DNA from: Eledone cirrhosa
Taxonomy: Eukaryota
Length of the DNA: 64,000 nucleotides
Reading direction: 5' to 3'
Assembly (NCBI GenBank): GCA_964016885.1
Contig: OZ024742.1
Coordinates: 14,880,001-14,944,000, forward strand
Part shown: piece by piece, positions 52,678 to 64,000 of the stretch
Layout: each line of letters opens with the position of its first letter
How positions within the stretch are numbered: position 1 is the first letter of the stretch
Notes under the pieces: generated by a model
What the model was told of the DNA's origin: nothing
The model's input: the letters and a program-made list of their open reading frames with translations, nothing else
Databases searched by the model: none
Translations under genes and position numbers: made by a program

Positions 52678-52990
52678 TCATCATCATTTTTCATCATTTC
52701 ATTTTTACGTCTGCTTGCAAGGGTGGGACGGGAACTGATTCTGGCTTTATTTCTACAGCTGGATGCCCTTCCTAACACCAACCTCATTTAAAGTGAGTGC
52801 TGGGTGCTTTTTTGCTATGGCACCTCCACGACCACTTTGCAGTGGAATGATAGGGACCCCAGCTGAGTAAACTGGAGCAATGTGAAATAAAGTGTTTTGC
52901 TCAGGGAAACAACACACCCGGTCTGAGAATTGAACTCACAACCTTTTGATTGCAAGGCCAATGCTCTAACAACTAAGCCATGTGCCTCCA
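52678..52990 (-). mobile_element. SINE family 1 copy just downstream of the WDPCP stop
   Basis: Same structure as the other family 1 copies. Confidence 0.8.
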
Positions 52991-55900
52991 TCACTACTGT
53001 ATTAAAAATGAAAGGACATGAGGTAATGTAGTCATAAATATACAAAAAGATGGGATGTCTTTAGCCCTAGGTCTGCTCAATTAGAGCTAACATGTGGTTA
53101 AACAACAGCTACTGAAATACTAATGTACAGTAAATACAGATAAACAAGTGTTAATGTTCTCTCTCTTTCACTGCCCCCGTCTCTCGCTCTCCCCATCTCT
53201 CACTATTATAAACATTTAGTAAGACCCTTTAGTGTAAATCCTGTCCGAGATTGAATACTTGTTTCTTAATCTCAAAATTTAACACTGTCAACATCACCAA
53301 AACAATGCTTTCTTGTGAAACGCTGCTCCTTCAAAACAAATAGTTTGATTTGGGTTTCTTGAAACTATTCCCATTCTTTAACCCTTTATCATTTATATTA
53401 CTGTACATTTGCTATTATATTTTCATGGTAAAGGACCTTACATAATTATTTCACATAATATTAAATCTATGAAATTTTGATATAATTTATTTTGGAAACA
53501 ATACCTTCACATCAGTTGAGCGGTCGGTTACAGCCAGTTTGAACAGAAAGAGGTGAGAGAATTCTGGCCAGATATGGCTGGTTTAAATGCTAAAGAGTTA
53601 AAGGATTGGCAGCATCTTTTCCTGGTGTTTTGATGACATTTTGGAGAAGGAAAAACTATTTTAAGAGTGAAATTCATTAGACTAAATTATTTATATTTAA
53701 ATAAAACCAGAACTACTACATCATCATCAGTTTAACGTCCATGTTTCCACGCTGGCATGGGTTCAGGTGTCTATACAAGCAAACACAGAAACCCTCTCAA
53801 CCATCCCTCCTTTGATTCAGTGTAATATCAAGATATGATAGCACTGGGCTGGTAATTTCTTTATCCCCCCCCCCCCCCCCCCCCCAAGCAAAACAATAAA
53901 ACTGTTAATAATATTCTTAGAAAAGTTGCCATAATTTTGATTAGTAACATTTTCTACTCATGAACTTTGTTCTCGATGTTTCATTTCCATGTTAACATGT
54001 CATCCAGAGATTTTTTACATTTTGAAAATGTAAAATATATTTTTTCTTTGTTTCACCGCCTGACTGAAAAAGGTTGTGATCTTAATGTATTTTATTAAAT
54101 AAATATACTTGCTAGATACTTTTTTAATCATAATTGTTATTTGTTTAATTATTTTTCATTCCTATCAAAATTTTCAATGTTTCTTTTAATTCTCTAGAGG
54201 TTTCAAACTACACTAATAATAATCAGTCATGAATTTGTGAGTTTTATATTGAATAGTAATAATATTCGCTTGCAAGCAAACAGCCTCATTACGCTATATG
54301 TTTTAGACGACCATTGCCATCCTTTTGTTCTAGCAGTAAGGATCTGTAGCAAGCTACTTTCCTTTGGTGCATTGATACCCTTTCCGTACGTGATTTGGCT
54401 AAGTTAAGCCAATTGTTACCCATGCGCACGGATATGTATTTTCCACTTCCGCCCAAATGGAGAATTTCCCGCTTTTAATAAATTTGATCTCTTGCAGCTT
54501 GACCTTGCTAAGGTAAACAACCATTTAACCACGGCCTGGCTTCTCACTTCAGCCAGTAGACCGTGTCTTCTCTGGACTCTTAATTAGTTCATTTCATTTG
54601 TTTGGCATGCCTTTCCAGCTTAATTCAACTCTTAACCCTGTTAATAAATTATGTAAAAACATGCTAAACTCTTGTGATGCTATTTACCACTGCCATTGCT
54701 TTTAAATGTGATATGGAAATATTCCTGGACAGCTGCTTGAGATGAAGTGTGATAAGTTTTTCTTAAGGTCATTCGACTCTGGTTCCACAGAAGAGAAGGA
54801 TCACTTTGAGTAGCTCAAGCAAGTAGCGAGATGTAGCACTTCAGCCCTCTCAGCCAGGGCCTGGCAGCAATCCTTTCATTAGCCTTTCCAACCACACGCA
54901 GTCATCTGCCTTTTCATATAGCCAATACAGCTTCCTTGCCACTACGACCTTACTACTACCTCTGCTAGTACGTACTGTCTGGCTACAGTTTGTCACTTTA
55001 TAATTGAGCATAGTATATTAAAGAAAGATTCTCCAGCACAACAGAGAGGTATTATTGAACACTGTATTTGTGAGTGCTACCATCAGACTATATTTATGAT
55101 TCAAAGTAACCATATTCTTTTTCCCTTTTTGCTGAACTGAAGTAAAGTTATATATCTAACCAGAATTATTGGTATTTGTCGTGTTTATCACCTCTTTAAC
55201 AACAACCAAACGCTTTGCTTCAGTTTTGTAATAAAAAGAAGTATTATGTAAAATGTAATAATTAAAAAAACAAACAAACAGTTGTCGCAGAAAGAAAGTT
55301 CCCAAATTGAAATGTGATGATAATTCTAAGTCATCGATTCTGTGTTTGAAATCAGGTCCAAGTTGATTAAGGTATTGAGCTGTTGGGATTTATAAAATAC
55401 TTTTTTTTTATTTGTTTCCTTTGTAAATCATATTCATTACATAAATTGCGTTTATATATGTAGGGGTTAAAAAGGGAACTGATCAACAAAAAGGGACAGA
55501 ATTGCTTTTTAGTAAACTTTAAAATGTTCTAAGGACAGCTTTTTTAATCATTTCTCCAGCAGTGCAAAGACTCAACTATGAGGAAGGAGCCCCGCAAGGC
55601 TGTTGCAGCGGGTGTCGCTGGCCATTGACCGCGGGGCATGGCTACGTCCTAGCTCTAGAGCTCATCACTCTCCCATTCTTCTGTAACTCTAGAGTTCTTG
55701 CCCTTCCCTTCATTTGTCATTTTTAAATCTCTGTAGTGTTGTTATTCAAAATAGATTTGTTTATGTTTTTTTTTTTATTATTTATAAAACGTTGGCATGT
55801 ATATATAAAGTATTGATATAAATTCGTTGTTAATTCACTTTTGATTTCAATGTATCTATCGAAAAAAGACTTACTCTCGGGTCCCAAATAATAACGGAAT

Positions 55901-57217
55901 GGGTTGAAAAATCGGTAATTGTTCCAGGTTGTCTCCGTTGATATACACCTCCGCCTGAACTAGTTGTTAAATTTACATATTAAGATTCCATCCAATCCTA
56001 TATATATAAATGTATCAGGATACAACCAGTTTTAAACTAGATAGACCATTACTCAACATAGTACTCGATACTTGGGATAGTAGAGTATTATATATATATA
56101 TGTGTGTGTGTCTGTGTGTATATATATATATATATACGTCACTAACAGTGACGTCCCAGACAAGGCACCTGCTTCTGGACCAGGGGCACAGGGTAAGGCC
56201 GTCAGGTCTTAAACACGGATATATATATATAATTGTTTCTACTTTTGGCACAAGGCCAGCAATTATTCCAGTACATTACTGGTGCTTTATTTTATCGACC
56301 CCGTAAGGATGAAAGGCAAAGTTAACCTCGGCGGGATTTGAACCCAGATCATAAAGGGCCCTAACTCTTTGCTGCAAAGCATGGTGTCAGACCCTCTATC
56401 GATACTGCCAGTTCACCATTAGGATATGCAAGCAGGGAAACGCGGACGTAAAATGATGATGATGATGATGATGATATATATATATATATATAGAATAAGT
56501 AAAAGCGATGTAGTTTCAGATGTTCAAGTCCTTTAATAATAATTGTTTCTACTTTAGGCACAAGGCAATTACCCAGTGCATTACTGGTACTTTATTTTAT
56601 CGACTCCGTAAGGATGAAAGGCAAAGTAAACCTTGGTGGGATTTGAACTCAGACCGTAAAGGGATGTAACTATGCTGGAAAACATGGCGTCCGACTCTCT
56701 ACCGATTCCGTCAATCCACATGACAACACTGGCCACACTGTTCTGTGTGCGAGTGTCGTGACATCATAAGTATATATATATAAATGTATATATATGTATG
56801 TATATATATGTATATATATATATATGTAATATAAGTATGTACACGTACATACATATATGTATGCAGACGTACAGTAGTATGTATATATATGTACATACAT
56901 GCACACATATATATAGCTATCGTCAGCAAAGTATACCTTGTTCAGTGAATCCATACGTACATATATATATGTGTGCATGTATGTATATATATATACATAC
57001 TACTGTGCGTCTGTATACATATACGTATGTACGTGTACATACTTATATTTAAGTAACAGCCGTATTAAGAGTGGGAAATGAAATTTCTTTTCATTTTTTC
57101 CGTTTATCGTTTTCGGTGCACCTGGTCGATTAACCCACTCGATATGCAAATTGGGCTACTCAGCCGTTAATATGCATAAGGAAAATATATACGTTCAACA
57201 ATCTGGCAGGAAGGTAT

Positions 57218-57260
57218 ACGTTGCTGACGATAGCTAATAAGCTTGAAACTAGTACAGCGT
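57218..57260 (+). ncRNA. Minimal type I hammerhead ribozyme motif
   Basis: ACGTTG-CTGACGA-tAGCT(aata)AGCTt-GAAAC-TA-GTA-CAGCGT: complete core, 6-bp stem I, 4-bp stem II, palindromic ACTAGT stem III. Confidence 0.75.
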
Positions 57261-57642
57261 TCCTTTGTCAGTGTTGAACAAACGAGCAACGGTGGTTGCT
57301 AGATACTACGGCTTAATACGGGATGTTTATTTACAAACACACCGAGCATTATAATAAATGTTCGGTGAATCCATATATACATATATATATGTGTGCATGT
57401 ATGTATATATATATACATACTACTGTACGTATGTATACATATATGTATGTACGTGTACATACTTATATTTAAGTAATAGCCGTACTAAGAGCGGGAAATG
57501 AAATTTCATTTCATTTTTTCCGTTTATATATATGTATATTTATGTATATTATATATATATAAATGAAAAGTATAGAAATTATTGTAGCGAGAAATATATA
57601 TATATATATGTATGTATATATATGTATATATATGTATATATA

Positions 57643-57683
<41 letters not shown>

Positions 57684-57685
<2 letters not shown>

Positions 57686-60027
57686 CATCATCATCATCAT
57701 CATCATCGTTTAATGTCCATCTTCCACGCTTGCATGGGTTTGGACGGGAGTTTTCCCAATTGAGGCAAGATTTGTTGTCCTGCTCGTATAGGACTGTCTG
57801 GCAGACTTTCTACGGCTGGATGCCCTTCCTAACACCAACCACGTTTACAGTGTGGACTGGGAGGTTTTTACCGTGTTACCTACACGGCAACATTACAGCG
57901 TGGACTGTGTGTTTTTTTGTCGTGACACCTACACGACCTCATTTGTTTCGGACTGGATGTTGTGGTACCAACATAACTTCACATTTAAGGGGATGGTGTG
58001 GATGGGGTGGGGGTAGTGGGACGGGGGTGTATTTTGTTAGAGGTGCCTACTGACTGTAGGTTTCGCTTTGTACTTAGGCAAGGCGGGTCTTCTGTATCAC
58101 TGTGTAGCGCCAAAGTTCTCGGTCCATTGACATTGTCTTGGAGAGGTGTAAGTGTGTGAGGTCGGAATTTATCAAGTCGTCCCAGGTTTTTCTAGGTCTG
58201 CCTACTCCGTGGCTACCGTCTATTTTTATCGCCCTGTACTTTTTTATACAGCTGTCGTCTTTCATGCGCATCACGTGACCGTACCTACGTAGTCTTCTCT
58301 CGAGTAAACAACATCTGATCCCTCTTATTCCTAATTTCTCCCTTAGTTCGTTTATGCTTTGCCGTTCACGTATATTACTATTACACATCCAGCGGAGCAT
58401 GCAAGCTTCGTTTCTCTCCAGTCTGCGTATATCCTCTGCACACAATGCCCAGGTCTCACTGCCATGTAACATTGCTGTTCGTATGCAGGCATCATACAGC
58501 TTGCCTTTCATTTTTAGAGAGAACCCTTTAGCGGCCAATAGTGGTATAAGCTCTCTGAACTTTTACCATCCCGTTCTGACTCTAGCTACTGTACTTTCAG
58601 AGCACCCTCCCTTCACTGCTGACTTTGTCACCCAGGTAACGGAAGGTGTCCACTATTTCTATAAAACCATCTGTGCAATGGAATGAGCTAGTATTCTGTG
58701 GGCATTTGCTGCTACTTATTGCACCAGAGCACCGGCCACATATAAAATCTATATTCTTAGTTAGCTTACCTGTGATCCCACTACATCTTTTATGCACCCA
58801 TACTTTGCATTTGGGACATAAAATGGAGTTTCTGCCTACTCCTTTCCTACACACTGAGCATGGCCATTTCCCAGATGGGACCAGTGCCCTATTCTCCTTC
58901 CTACATATTAGGACTTTAGTCTTAGACAAGTTAACTTTAAGGCCTTTTGATTCTAGGCCATGCTTCTATGTTTGGAATTTCTTCTCTAGCTCAGCCATTG
59001 ATTCGGCTATGAGCGTTAGATCATATGCGTATAGAAGTTCCCATGGGCAGCCGGTCTTGAACTCCTCCGTTATAGCTTGGAGGGCGATAATAAATAGGAG
59101 GGGGTTAAGGACGGAGCCCTGATGAACACCAACTTTTACGCGAAAATCTTCACTATGTTCGTTGTTAATTCTAACCTTGCTCACTGTTTCTTTATACATG
59201 GCTTGTATAGCACTCACAAGCCATTCATCTACACCTAGTTTTCTAAGAGCCCACCAGATAATGGAGTGGGGGACTCTGTCAAAAGCTTTCTCCAGGTCTA
59301 CAGAAGCTAAGTAGAGGGGTTTACTTTTAGCTAGATACTTCTCCTGTAGTTGTCGTACAATGAAAAGAGCAACTGTGGTACTTTTACCTGACACAAACCC
59401 GAACTGCATTTGATCTAGATTAATTCGCTGTCTGATTAGTTGCGCTATTACTTTTTCTGTGACCTTCATGACCTGGTCAATTAATTTAATGCCTCTATAG
59501 TTTCCCCTATCTAGAGCATCTCCTTTACCCTTGTAGCAGTTAATGATGATGCTGCTACGCCAGTCCTTCGGAATGGCCCCATTCTGTATGACTTGGTTTA
59601 CTATCCGTGTGACCATAGTGTGTCCCACCGTTCCAGATGCTTTCAGCATTTCCGCAACTATTCCCGAAAGCCCATATCTTTGATTGCCTTACTTATTATA
59701 CTACCTTCGACTAACACTGCTGGTCCCTCTATTGGTTCGATGTGGGGGAGACTGTCTTTCTCCCATTTATTCTCCTCATTTAGTAGCCTTTCGTAGTGAC
59801 ACTTCCAAGCTACCTTCTTATCAGCGTCAGTGATGGCAAGTACGCCATCATCATTAAGGACACACTTCTCCCCGACAATATCACGGTTTTCCTTGACACA
59901 TTACCTAGCAATCTTGAACACCTCACGTTTTTGGTCCTCGCGTTGTAGAACATGCTTGAACTTTCTTTCCTCTGCTTCCCTCCTTGCGAAATACACTTGT
60001 CTCCTACCTTCCCTCCTGGCCACTTGA
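57684..60027 (-). mobile_element. RTE LINE subfamily B, truncated and decayed
   Basis: ORF fragments 58966-59649, 58597-58929 and 58074-58538 are homologous to the 36661 copy; YADD mutated to YAYD; same 3' UTR. Confidence 0.93.
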
Positions 60028-60083
60028 TATATCATCATCATCATCATCATCATCAGGTTTAGCGTCCGTGTTCATATATATAC

Positions 60084-60154
<71 letters not shown>

Positions 60155-60164
60155 TATGTATATG

Positions 60165-60201
<37 letters not shown>

Positions 60202-60413
60202 TATATATCCTAATGGTGAACTGGCAGTATCGATAGAGGGTCTGACACCATGCTTTGCAGCAAAGAGTTAGGGCCCTTTATGATCTGGGTTCAAATCCCG
60301 CCGAGGTTAACTTTGCTTTTCATCCTTACGGGGTCGATAAAATGAAGCACCAGTAACGTACTGGGATAATTGCTGGCCTTGTTCCAAAAGTAGAAACAAT
60401 TATATATATATAT

Positions 60414-60890
60414 CCGTGTTTAAGACCTGACGGCCTTACCCTGTGCCCCTGGTCCAGAAGCAGGTGCCTTGTCTGGGACGTCACTGTTAGTGACTCTTTT
60501 GCTTCTTCCCACATCCTGGAAGCTGCGGTTAGGACGAGAGCCACAGCTTCCGCAGCCGAGCGGAGTAAAAGCCTTAAATACTCTGATCTGTCGGCCATCT
60601 ACATCTTTCAGCCTGTGGCTTTCTAGACGTTTGGGGGGAGTCGGGCCGCTGACTGCGATGTTCCTCTCTTCACTGCGGTTCGCCTAATAGAGGTAACTGG
60701 CAAATCTCGCAAGAGCGCTTGGTTGTTCTAGCGCATTAGCCTCGCTATCACCCAAGGCAATGCTGTGAGTGTGCTGGCTTGCCTCAAAAATCATTAGAGA
60801 GGTTGCCTGGTACTCCTCGCGACGCTTCTGTCTTTTCTTTTGCTCTGGTGTTCATCCCTGCCTTTACATTTTCTTTAATATTGCAACACT
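60414..60890 (+). mobile_element. CRE-like non-LTR retrotransposon 3' fragment, restriction-like endonuclease domain
   Basis: RPDGLTLCPWSRSRCLVWDVT...AAERSK..KY...FQPVA..TFG...WLF.RISLAITQGNA, the PD..D RLE C-terminus. Confidence 0.8.
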
Positions 60891-61212
60891 ATATATATAT
60901 ATATATCCGTATGTGGTTGACGGCTGAGAGAAAGGGTTACTTAATATCGAAGTAAAGTTACGCCTGTTTATCACAGGATCATCTTCTCTGATGACCCTGT
61001 GAAACAGCGAAATTCCAGAACAACAGGAGTCACTATTTAGCCCTAATAAAATGAATACACACATATATATAGTGTCCAAAAGGTTAAAACTTTCTTCCTG
61101 CTATTTCAAGCGTTAAACTAATATATTTCTTCTATGTATTGGTTGTTTGTTTTGGTATTTCTGTTTACCCTTTATATTCCCCCTCACACACACACACACA
61201 CACAATCACATA

Positions 61213-61276
<64 letters not shown>
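61213..61276. repeat. (TATC)n microsatellite
   Basis: Seen directly. Confidence 0.95.
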
Positions 61277-61277
<1 letters not shown>

Positions 61278-64000
61278 CTCTTTCTGTCTGACGTGTGGAA
61301 CATCGCCGGTAAGCTTTTTTGTTAATTTCTATGCAAAAAACCGAACTAATTGTTTGAAAAAACATAACAATTTGTAGATTAACCCCCCCAAGCTGAATTG
61401 TCTCAGCTGGGTGGTAATCCGATTTTTCGCCCATATAGGGCGAAAATTTTATTTAAAAATTTTGTTTTAAAATATCAGCTTTTACAAACTAAATAACTTG
61501 AGCAACACAAGAACACTGGAGAACATTAATAGAGAAAAGAGAGAGAAAGAGGCAGATATTAACGTTATATCTGCTTCTGCTACTATGGACGTCGCCATAG
61601 ATACAAGTGTCAACAAAGAGAGAAATATATTAACACTTGAAAATTTTAAAATTTCTACCGTCGAAGCGGAGAAAAATAACAATAACACACAGGAAAACAC
61701 AAGAATTAAACCCAATAACATACATACACATGAAAAAGACATCAACAACTCTACAGATACATATACACATAATGTTTCACCTCGACAAGGAACTGAGATT
61801 TCCAACAACGATAACAACAACAACAACAGCAACACCACACAAAAAAAGAAAATGTCTTTCGCTGAAACTGAACAAAAAACAAGATTTTATAAATCTTGAT
61901 ATCTCCAACGCAAGAGATATGCTCCAGCAAGGGAGAAAATTTGTAACTTTCGAAGAAAGAGGTGGGTTTATAATTAACTCACCCCTTGAAATAAAGGAAG
62001 ACACAATCCGCAGATCAGTCACCTTTAGGACTGTGTCAAATTCCACAAGAAAGCCGACATTTGTTAACCAAGCAGATATAGAAGATACTTTCAAGGAAAT
62101 TCTAGCAAATGTCGATTTTCTCCAGCGAGGAAAACAGTACGGAAGTGTTTCCGTACTGTTTAAAAGCGAGGGACTCGCCCCAAAAAACTCTGTGTCACCA
62201 ATGGTGTCAAAAGCATACACCTTTTTCCCCACATACATGGGAAAAAGGGCACAAAAATAAAAATAAAAAACATACCTCCAAACATTAACATCTGGTGGAT
62301 CTTGGCTGGCTTCGTAGAGCCAGAAACTGATATGGTACTTTCGATACGAAAATCTATTCGACAAAGGTGGGCGGGCACAGATTTGGAGATTCTGTTGCAA
62401 ATGAAACCGGAGAGAATCTCCAACATACCCGAAAGAGTCGTTATCGATAATAACAACAAAATAAACATTTCGGTAGAAGGACGAACATTTCATTGCTTTC
62501 GCTGTGGTAGCACAGCACACCTAAAAGCCTCTTGTCCACAAACACACAACAACATCATAGAATAAACGCTATTACCAACACCAACACCAACACAGCCACC
62601 ACCAACACAACCACCACCACCACAAGTACGACAGACGAAACGAGCAACCATACCAAAACAAACAGACACTCAACCAACAACAACAGAAAAAACAGAGACA
62701 ACACCCCTGAAGAACGCAGCCCCACTCCATCCCACTCCATCAAACACTACCACAAACACACACACCGAAACACCACCACCACACAACATACCCTTACCCC
62801 ACACACCTGACGATTATTATTCATCGACGGATGAAGCTGCTTCTTTAAGTGAAGAAGAGGGAGAACCGCGGAAATCTAAAAAACAAAAAAAGAGACACCA
62901 CAAAACCCCCAAAACTCCAATCACCAACACCAACACACAACCACAGACACAAACAACACCACAGTCAAACAACCCCATATTCGCAAAACCAGCACCAACA
63001 CCACCCCAAACACAAGCACCCACCATAAAAAGAAAACTCCCGGACGAACAACAAACTAAAACAACAGAACAAAAACACAAACAACAATCCGCATACATCA
63101 ACACAAACAACAAGAGTTTGATGGAGGTCATCTCCCAAAACTCCAAGGTGGAGACGGAGGGCAAAACTTTCGTCAAGGCAGAATCGTCTCCACACATTAA
63201 ACTTATAAGGGTTTCTATGGAAACCTATAATGACCTAAAAAATAAATGTTCACAAGACGTGGGCAATCCCCTTCCACAAACCCATCAACCGCGTCCTGTT
63301 AAAATGTTTCCCCACCCCACGCAACACCCCATCCAGCACCCAAATGAAGATTGAACAACCCGATCTCCAGGAAACGAAAAGGTAAGTGCACCTTTCGTCC
63401 TTTTTCTCCAACTTTTCTTCACCAACATGGCTAGTTTACGAGTTGGAACCGTGAATGTGCGTGGCCTAGGGATGCCCTGGAAACAGGGCCAACTTTTAAA
63501 CGACCTTAGGTCACACAGTATGGATGTGATAGCCATCACCGAGTCCAGGATCCACAACAGGCAGCAACTAACCCCCATCTTCGACGACTTTGAGATCTAC
63601 GCATCTCTCTGTCAGCCAGGAGGTGGAGGTGGAGTGGCTGTCATGTTTCGGAAGAACCTGGACGTCGGAGTACAGCAAGTACACTTGGACCCGGAGGGTA
63701 GACTGGTAGTCCTAGACGTGAACAGTATCAGAGGTGGAGCCTTCAGACTGGTGGCCGTTTATGCCCCGACCGGGCAATCGCAATCACGGCCAGACTTCTT
63801 TAAGCGTCTAGAGTCTTTTCTGGGAACGTCTCGCTCCTTACTTTTAGTGGGGGACTGGAATGGTATCCTAGATGCACGATGGGACTATGTGGGAGCATGT
63901 CCCAGTAGAGCGGGGTGCAACAGCCTCAAAACTTTAATCGGCCAATTCCAACTGGCCGATAGGTATCGACTGGATTTCCCGACTGCACCACAGTGGACGT
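61277..64000 (+). mobile_element. L1/Tx1-clade LINE, 5' part: frameshifted ORF1 with CCHC knuckle and start of ORF2
   Basis: ORF1 pieces at 61498-62565 end in CFRCGSTAHLKASC; ORF2 starts at 63427. Confidence 0.88.
63427..64000 (+). CDS. Tx1/L1 ORF2 apurinic-like endonuclease domain (partial, open to the window end)
   Basis: MASLRVGTVNVRGL, AITES, GGVAV, DPEGRLV, VYAP, VGDWN, LADRYR...WT are L1-type APE motifs. Confidence 0.9.
   Translation, partial: MASLRVGTVNVRGLGMPWKQGQLLNDLRSHSMDVIAITESRIHNRQQLTPIFDDFEIYASLCQPGGGGGVAVMFRKNLDVGVQQVHLDPEGRLVVLDVNSIRGGAFRLVAVYAPTGQSQSRPDFFKRLESFLGTSRSLLLVGDWNGILDARWDYVGACPSRAGCNSLKTLIGQFQLADRYRLDFPTAPQWT

Noticed and set aside
54300-55000. More GC-balanced stretch that might be a decayed coding element
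   Set aside because: The minus-strand frames I translated by hand gave stops and no motif I could recognise
55312-55380. Possible C/D snoRNA (GTGATGA box C)
   Set aside because: No canonical CTGA box D or terminal stem, and no host intron identified

Overview
AT-rich, repeat-dense eukaryotic DNA, most likely a coleoid cephalopod such as Octopus (inferred from the SINE and RTE repertoire). It holds three host genes. (1) DDX24 DEAD-box helicase on the minus strand: 13 coding exons reconstructed with consistent phases from 26994 down to the window edge. A 12.8-kb intron that splits Walker A is filled by a 30-bp minisatellite. (2) An archaemetzincin (AMZ2-like) zinc protease on the minus strand, with two coding exons. 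(3) An intronless WDPCP/fritz CDS on the plus strand. The rest is RTE LINEs of three subfamilies, two tRNA-derived SINE families, a Tx1/L1-clade LINE running off the right edge, and CR1, CRE-like and mariner relics, plus micro/minisatellites. Two observations stand out. The RTE ORFs carry a complete PHD finger inserted inside the reverse-transcriptase region. Several short type I hammerhead-ribozyme motifs (best at 57218-57260) sit in small, partly inverted, TA-flanked elements resembling Penelope pLTRs or retrozymes. All calls are by eye; no searches were run.
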